Origin: Betaproteobacteria bacterium Ga0077527
GTDB taxonomy: Bacteria; Pseudomonadota; Gammaproteobacteria; Burkholderiales; SG8-41
Length of the DNA stretch: 64,000 nucleotides
Assembly: GCA_001464815.1 (NCBI GenBank)
Contig: LNDW01000023.1
Coordinates: forward strand, 15,529 to 79,528
Direction of reading: 5' to 3'
The translations under genes were made by a program, and so were the position numbers. Numbering within the stretch: the stretch's first letter is position 1; each line of letters begins with the position of its first letter. Shown piece after piece: positions 59,356 through 64,000 of the stretch. Below the pieces are notes generated by a model, which saw nothing but the letters and a program-made list of their open reading frames with translations, was not told where the DNA came from and did not search any database.

Positions 59356-59385
59356 CCCTATCCCCACGGAATCGTGGGGATAGGG
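59356..59385. repeat. 13-bp perfect inverted repeat in the xerC-rlmI spacer
   Basis: CCCTATCCCCACG-GAAT-CGTGGGGATAGGG with no U-tract; possible REP-like or mRNA-stabilising hairpin. Confidence 0.5.
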
Positions 59386-59409
59386 TTGGGGTGAGGGGAA
59401 AGAAACACC

Positions 59410-60591
59410 TTGAACCAGATCACACTCAAACCCGGCCGCGAAAAATCACTGAAGCGCCGCCACCCCTGGGTATTTTCCGGGGCTATCGCCAAAGTTGAAG
59501 GCCAGCCGAAGCTTGGCGACACCGTCAAGGTGCATTCCGCCGACGGTGTATTTCTCGCGGTGGCGGCCTGGAGCCCCGACTCGCAGATCCGCGCCCGCGT
59601 CTGGGACTGGACCCTGCGCGAAATCGACGCCGCGTTTTTCGCTGAAAGCATCCAGCGCGCCGCCGCGCTGCGTCATGCCGCGGCGGATGAAGGCGTGCGC
59701 CTGATCCACGGCGAATCCGACGGCCTGCCCGGCGTGGTCGCCGACCGCTACGCCGACACCGTGGTGCTCCAGTTGCTGAGCGCCGGCGCCGAACGCTGGC
59801 GCGGCGCAATTGCCGATGCACTGGCCGCACTGCCCGGCATTGCGCGCGTACTCGAACGCTCCGATGCCGACGTGCGCGAACTCGAAGGCCTGCCGTCGCA
59901 ATCCGGCCTGCTGCGCGGCGAAGCTGCGGCCGGGCCATTGACGGTGCGTGAACACGGCCTCGAATTCGCGGTCGATGCCGAGCACGGCCACAAGACCGGC
60001 TTCTACCTCGACCAGCGCGACAACCGGCGGCTGCTGCGTGGCCTGAGCAAGGACAAGAACGTGCTCGACTGCTTCTGCTACAGCGGCGGCTTTGCGCTGA
60101 ATGCGCTGGCCGGCGGCGCGAAATCAGTGACCGCCATCGACAGCTCGGGACCCGCACTGGCCGCGGCGCAGGCCAATGCCGCGCGCAACAAGCTGTTGAA
60201 TGACGGCAATAAGGCCGAGTGGCTCGAAGCCGACGTATTCCAGACCCTGCGCAAATTCCGCGATGGCGGCCGCAAGTTTGATCTGATCGTGCTCGACCCG
60301 CCGAAATTCGCGCCGACCGCCGCCCATGCCGAGAAAGCGTCACGCGCCTACAAGGACATCAACCTGCTCGGTCTCAAGCTGCTCAATCCCGGCGGCCGGC
60401 TGATGACCTACTCCTGCTCCGGTGGTGTGAATCCAGACCTGTTCCAGAAAATCGTCGCCGGTGCCGCGCTCGATGCCGGTGTCGATGCGCGCATCGAGCA
60501 CTGGCTGCACGCCTCAGCGGATCATCCGGTGGTGATGAATTTTCCGGAGGGGGAGTATTTGAAGGGGTTGGTGTTGCGGGTCGGGGTTTAA
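59410..60591 (+). CDS. rlmI: 23S rRNA m5C1962 methyltransferase RlmI family
   Basis: 393 aa with the LKPGREKSLKRRHPWVFSGAI N-terminus (PUA) and a class I SAM MTase domain; TTG start after GAGGGGAA. Confidence 0.88.
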   Translation: MNQITLKPGREKSLKRRHPWVFSGAIAKVEGQPKLGDTVKVHSADGVFLAVAAWSPDSQIRARVWDWTLREIDAAFFAESIQRAAALRHAAADEGVRLIHGESDGLPGVVADRYADTVVLQLLSAGAERWRGAIADALAALPGIARVLERSDADVRELEGLPSQSGLLRGEAAAGPLTVREHGLEFAVDAEHGHKTGFYLDQRDNRRLLRGLSKDKNVLDCFCYSGGFALNALAGGAKSVTAIDSSGPALAAAQANAARNKLLNDGNKAEWLEADVFQTLRKFRDGGRKFDLIVLDPPKFAPTAAHAEKASRAYKDINLLGLKLLNPGGRLMTYSCSGGVNPDLFQKIVAGAALDAGVDARIEHWLHASADHPVVMNFPEGEYLKGLVLRVGV

Positions 60592-60615
60592 TGCCGGAGT
60601 TGGACGATCACTTTA

Positions 60616-60783
60616 TTAAATGGGAAGCTGACCGGGATCTTCATCTATATGGCCGCAAAAAAGACAGCGATTGAAGTCACGCGCAATCTTTGCATCACAT
60701 TTCGGACAATCCTTCGCGAAAGCAATGTACTTTTCATCCCGGGTTCCATCACGAATATCAATCTCGAGGACCTTATCAACCAT
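60616..60783 (-). CDS. Small zinc-ribbon protein (55 aa)
   Basis: Translated by hand because it is below the track cutoff: MVDKVLEIDIRDGTRDEKYIAFAKDCPKCDAKIARDFNRCLFCGHIDEDPGQLPI, with CPKC-N10-CLFC. AAGGA SD; its ATG overlaps the upstream ORF stop (ATGGTTGA). Low-GC DNA. Confidence 0.5.
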   Translation of the reverse strand: MVDKVLEIDIRDGTRDEKYIAFAKDCPKCDAKIARDFNRCLFCGHIDEDPGQLPI

Positions 60784-61060
60784 TTCCTTGTTGGAAAATA
60801 CCGAGTCTCTGACAAATGATCTCGGCTATCGAGTGGTTCACAAGCACTAATTGGTCAATACGCCTGGACAGACTGAGATAGTCATTTTGCTGATTCCCCT
60901 GGGATCGGTGGCTTTGCGAAGCAAGCTCGCCCTGAATCTCGTTAATTTTATGGTTTAGCAGATAGTCAAATAATTTCGTATACACCACGTCTTTGTTTAG
61001 CCTAACGGTGGGCGTCACCGTCGGGCTACGCTGGGTACCGCTCGAATTCAGGAAGTTCAT
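60776..61060 (-). CDS. Hypothetical protein (94 aa, predicted helical)
   Basis: ORF in low-GC DNA with no recognisable family. The ATG at 61060 overlaps the GFA gene by 35 nt; an alternative GTG at 61018 gives 80 aa. Confidence 0.4.
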   Translation of the reverse strand: MNFLNSSGTQRSPTVTPTVRLNKDVVYTKLFDYLLNHKINEIQGELASQSHRSQGNQQNDYLSLSRRIDQLVLVNHSIAEIICQRLGIFQQGNG

Positions 61061-61424
61061 GAATATGCTTCATCCAGCCGAGCCGTTCAGCCGTCTGTAT
61101 TTGCACTGTCGGCGGAAGCGCCTCAGGATCGTCAAGTGTTGAGGACTGTACGTCGACAATTCCAGGGAGCACTGCTGCATTCCGGTAGAACAACCCGCTT
61201 CCACAGTCTGCGCAGAAACTGCGCATAGCGGTCCCTGACGAGTTAATCGTCTTTGGTTCCCCTTTCGTTAAGCTCAAGGCAGCTTCGGGAAACATCGCCC
61301 AAGCCACCATCGGCGCACCTGCACTTCGACGACAGTCGCTGCAATGGCACAAGGCAACGACCTTTGGATCCCCCGAAAGTTGATAGCGAATCGCGCCACA
61401 TCTGCACTGCCCAGAGTAAGTCAT
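61026..61424 (-). CDS. GFA/CENP-V family Cys-rich zinc protein
   Basis: 132 aa with the GFA cysteine pattern CRCGAIRY, CHCSDCRR, CADCGSGLF. Confidence 0.85.
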   Translation of the reverse strand: MTYSGQCRCGAIRYQLSGDPKVVALCHCSDCRRSAGAPMVAWAMFPEAALSLTKGEPKTINSSGTAMRSFCADCGSGLFYRNAAVLPGIVDVQSSTLDDPEALPPTVQIQTAERLGWMKHIHELPEFERYPA

Positions 61425-61678
61425 AACAGAACCCCCTTAATGCTAGGACCCAAACATCGATGAACTCACTGCAGTCTCAAATGGTGAGGATCTCTTGTGA
61501 CGTCCAACTTTAGTTGGGGTCGACAGTTTTGCCGGATAACCCGCCGACCTGTCTCCCTGACTTCCCGCCAGATTCGCAGAGAAAATAATTTATTATCAGA
61601 TACTTGTAATTCATCCGTCAGTCTGCATAACGTATTAAATCCGCAGCAAAACCGGCACGGATCAGTCTACATGCAGAG

Positions 61679-61909
61679 TCAATGTTTTTCAGGACGCCCC
61701 GGCGGCACATTATCAATCCCGCCCTCATGCCAGGGATGACACTTCCCCAGCCGCCTCACCGTCAGCCAGCTCCCCTTGATCGCCCCATGCGTGTCAATCG
61801 CCTCGCGCGCATAGGCTGAGCAGGTCGGATAAAAGCGGCACTGCGTGCCGAAAAAAGGCGACAGCAGCAGGCGGTAGGCGTCGATCAAAAAAATCAGCAG
61901 TCGTTTCAT
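61679..61909 (-). CDS. yidD: Membrane protein insertion efficiency factor YidD
   Basis: 76 aa from MKRLLIF with the [18 protein letters not shown] and CHPWHEGG motifs. Not next to rnpA/yidC in this window. Confidence 0.85.
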   Translation of the reverse strand: MKRLLIFLIDAYRLLLSPFFGTQCRFYPTCSAYAREAIDTHGAIKGSWLTVRRLGKCHPWHEGGIDNVPPGRPEKH

Positions 61910-61945
61910 CCCCTCAGTATAAGCGTCACCCGCCTCCCTCTTTTT

Positions 61946-61958
61946 GCAACTGGGTTGC
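61946..61958. promoter_or_regulatory. Palindromic operator candidate 1
   Basis: GCAAC-TGG-GTTGC in the yidD / DUF4198 divergent spacer. Confidence 0.4.
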
Positions 61959-61984
61959 GCCAAAGCGCGGACCGCACTATCATC

Positions 61985-61997
61985 GCAACCCTGTTGC
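61985..61997. promoter_or_regulatory. Palindromic operator candidate 2
   Basis: GCAAC-CCT-GTTGC, 39 nt from the first copy and 17 nt upstream of the DUF4198 start. Confidence 0.4.
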
Positions 61998-62013
61998 AAT
62001 AAAGGAGGGTGCT

Positions 62014-62745
62014 TTGAACTACGCGATGGTGTGGGCAGGTGTGCTGCTGGGTGCGCTGAGCCTGAATGTGCAGGCGCATGGTGTCTGGTTTGCCGAGCGT
62101 TCCGGCCAACTGGCGATGATCTATGGCCACGGCGCAGAGGATCTCGACATGATCCGCCGCCATGACAAGGTGAAGGAAGTCGCGGGTTATGACGCAGCGG
62201 GGGCGCCGGTCCCGGTGACGCTGCGCAAGACAGACCATCTGCTGCTGATCGATGCCAAGCCGATGCCGGCGGTGATCACCGGCGTGCTCGACAACGGTTA
62301 CTGGAGCAAGGGGCCGGACGGCAAGTGGGTGAACAAGGGCCGTGATGAGGTGCCCGGCGCCGGGGAGAGCGGCCGCTACGTCAAGTACGCCGTCTATCTG
62401 CGCGAATCCACCAGGGCGCCGCTGCAACCGCTGGCGGGGCAGGTGCTGCAGATACTGCCGCTGAAGGCGGCATTGCCCCACCACAAGGACGAGTCGATGA
62501 CGGTGCGGGTGCTGTTCAACGGCAAGCCGGTGGCCGGCGCCAAGGTCACCCGCGACTATGTCGGCGATCCCGAGGCCAAGCCGCTGGTCACCGGCCGCGA
62601 CGGCACGGTCACGCTGCGGGTGCGCAATGACGGTCTCAATGTGATCAGCGCCGCCTACGACGCTCCCCCTGACGATCCGGCCAAGGCCACCAAGACCGGC
62701 CTGTTCGCGACGCTGGCTTTCGCGATCAAGCACAAGGCGCACTGA
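62014..62745 (+). CDS. DUF4198 periplasmic protein (TonB-receptor associated)
   Basis: 243 aa with a signal peptide ending AHGVWF; TTG start 5 nt after AGGAGG. Confidence 0.8.
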   Translation: MNYAMVWAGVLLGALSLNVQAHGVWFAERSGQLAMIYGHGAEDLDMIRRHDKVKEVAGYDAAGAPVPVTLRKTDHLLLIDAKPMPAVITGVLDNGYWSKGPDGKWVNKGRDEVPGAGESGRYVKYAVYLRESTRAPLQPLAGQVLQILPLKAALPHHKDESMTVRVLFNGKPVAGAKVTRDYVGDPEAKPLVTGRDGTVTLRVRNDGLNVISAAYDAPPDDPAKATKTGLFATLAFAIKHKAH

Positions 62746-62790
62746 GCACCCGCCGGTGCCGACCCGGTAACGGCTCTTTCAGGGAAGACC

Positions 62791-64000
62791 ATGAAAAAAA
62801 CACACAAAAAATCGTCTGCCGCGCTGGCCGCACTCGCCGTGCTGGCGTCGGCGCCGGCCCTGGCGCAAAACCCGCCGCCAAGGGATGCCGGTATCACCAC
62901 GCTTCCGGCGGTGGAAGTGGTCGGCCGCCAGCAGGGCGGCGCCTATCACGCGGATGAGGCCAGCGGCACCAAGTCGGATTTGCCGCTGCGCGAACTGCCG
63001 CAGGCGGTGAGGGTGATGTCGCGGCAGACCCTGGACGATCTGGGTGCGGTGCGCCTCGATGACGCACTGGATTATGTCGGCGGGGTGTCGCGGCAGAACA
63101 GTTTCGGCGGACTGTGGGACAACATTGCGATCCGCGGCCTCGCCGGCGACATCAACAACGTCATGTCGCTGCTGCGCAACGGCTTCTCCGCCAACCGCGG
63201 TTTCATGGCGCAGCGCGATATGGCCAATGTCGAGCGCATCGAGTTCCTGAAAGGCCCGGCGTCCTCGCTGTATGGCAGCAGCGAGCCGGGAGGCACGCTG
63301 AACATCGTCACCAAGCGTCCGCTGTGGCAGTCGGCGCACGCGCTGGAGGCCTATGTCGGCAGTTTTGGTTTCCGTCGCGGCACCGTCGATTCGACCGGGC
63401 CGCTGACCGAAAATTTTGCCTACCGCCTGAACATCGCGATCGAGGATCGCGCCGGGTTCCGCGACTTTGTCGATACCGAGCGCTCGCTGTTCGCGCCGGC
63501 CTTCACCTGGAAAATCAACCGCGACACGCGCCTCGATTACAGCGGCGAATGGCTGAGCCACAAAACCCCGCTCGATCGTGGCGTGGTCGCGGTGAACAAC
63601 CAGCTCGGCGCCATCCCGCGCGAGCGCTTCCTCGGTGAGCCGGCGGACGGCAAGGTCACGCTGGAGAACCAGTCGCACCAGTTCGTGCTCGAACATGACC
63701 TCAATGCGCAATGGACCGGCCGTCTTGCGCTGTCCTACCAGAGCGGCATGCTGCGGGGATTTTCGACCGAGGCGCAGCCGACACTGGAGGCGGATCAGCG
63801 GACCCTGCGCCGGCAGCGGCGCTACCGTGACTACGCATCCGAGGACCTCGCCCTGCAGGGCGAGGTGGTGGGCCGGCTGAAGGCCGGCGGCATCGAGCAC
63901 GAACTCACGCTGGGCGCGGAAACCTACCGCTTCCAGCTCGACCAGCTGATGCTGCGCGTGAACCCGACCGCGGGTGCGCCCTATGCGGTCAATGTCTTCA
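62791..64000 (+). CDS. TonB-dependent siderophore-type receptor (partial, runs off the window)
   Basis: Translated by hand (no stop in the window): MKKTHKKSSAALAALAVLASAPALA signal, TonB-box-like TLPAVEVVG, and plug motifs IEFLKGPASSLYG and GGTLNIVTKRP. Confidence 0.88.
   Translation, partial: MKKTHKKSSAALAALAVLASAPALAQNPPPRDAGITTLPAVEVVGRQQGGAYHADEASGTKSDLPLRELPQAVRVMSRQTLDDLGAVRLDDALDYVGGVSRQNSFGGLWDNIAIRGLAGDINNVMSLLRNGFSANRGFMAQRDMANVERIEFLKGPASSLYGSSEPGGTLNIVTKRPLWQSAHALEAYVGSFGFRRGTVDSTGPLTENFAYRLNIAIEDRAGFRDFVDTERSLFAPAFTWKINRDTRLDYSGEWLSHKTPLDRGVVAVNNQLGAIPRERFLGEPADGKVTLENQSHQFVLEHDLNAQWTGRLALSYQSGMLRGFSTEAQPTLEADQRTLRRQRRYRDYASEDLALQGEVVGRLKAGGIEHELTLGAETYRFQLDQLMLRVNPTAGAPYAVNVF

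Noticed and set aside
58403-59409. A chromosomal dif site near xerC, or dif-like character of the AT-rich elements (CATAA ... TTATG arms)
   Set aside because: I found no 28-bp match to GGTGCGCATAATGTATATTATGTTAAAT. Elements D and E share only the short CATAA/TTATG pentamers, and the spacing and arm sequences do not fit.
60591-60674. 27-aa plus-strand ORF overlapping the rlmI stop (TAATG)
   Set aside because: It is too short, has no SD or recognisable features, and lies antisense to the better-supported zinc-ribbon ORF.
61497-61739. 80-aa plus-strand ORF in the islet upstream region
   Set aside because: The composition is not protein-like, it overlaps the yidD 3' end antisense, and it lacks an RBS.
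1-64000. CRISPR arrays, tRNA/rRNA genes, IS elements, prophage or integron structures
   Set aside because: Scanning by eye found no regularly spaced direct repeats, no tRNA-like T-arm sequences (GGTTCGAATCC type) in intergenic regions, no transposase or phage integrase ORFs, and no rRNA-like stretches. A proper tRNAscan/Infernal/ISfinder run would be needed to exclude them formally.

Overview
High-GC (roughly two-thirds G+C by eye) chromosomal segment with betaproteobacterial gene content and synteny: glnA-DUF4124-ntrBC, pyrR-pyrB-pyrC', a Bug/TctC binding protein and an SAH riboswitch on ahcY. All calls come from reading the ORF translations and DNA by eye; no searches or folding programs were run. 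About 63 protein genes are densely packed and mostly housekeeping. They cover nitrogen control (glnA, ntrB, ntrC), pyrimidine synthesis, K+ uptake (trkAH) and a polyphosphate cluster (ppk1, CYTH-CHAD, sixA, ppx, phoU). They also include ilvA, slt, cca, a CzcCBA-type metal RND pump with a coupled PII-like gene, the methyl cycle (metK, ahcY, metF), lipid A acyltransferases, dapF-DUF484-xerC and rlmI. The window ends in a partial TonB-dependent receptor. No rRNA, tRNA, CRISPR array, transposase or integrase (other than xerC) was seen. Observations worth a second look: (1) two complete SAH-riboswitch aptamers in tandem in the ahcY leader, the first fused to a strong terminator; (2) at least eight short AT-rich elements sharing a YATAA-N3-ATTG(T/A)TTT core, four of them also perfect IHF-consensus matches and two sitting in frame inside conserved genes (CHAD protein, dapF); (3) a 1.1-kb low-GC islet between rlmI and yidD with a GFA-family gene and two overlapping small ORFs of unknown function; (4) a PII-like gene translationally coupled to the RND pump; (5) a YdaS/Cro-like HTH segment reading in frame into a class-V aminotransferase; (6) a CCA-adding enzyme lacking the HD motifs; (7) twin GCAAC-N3-GTTGC palindromes in front of a DUF4198/TonB-receptor pair.
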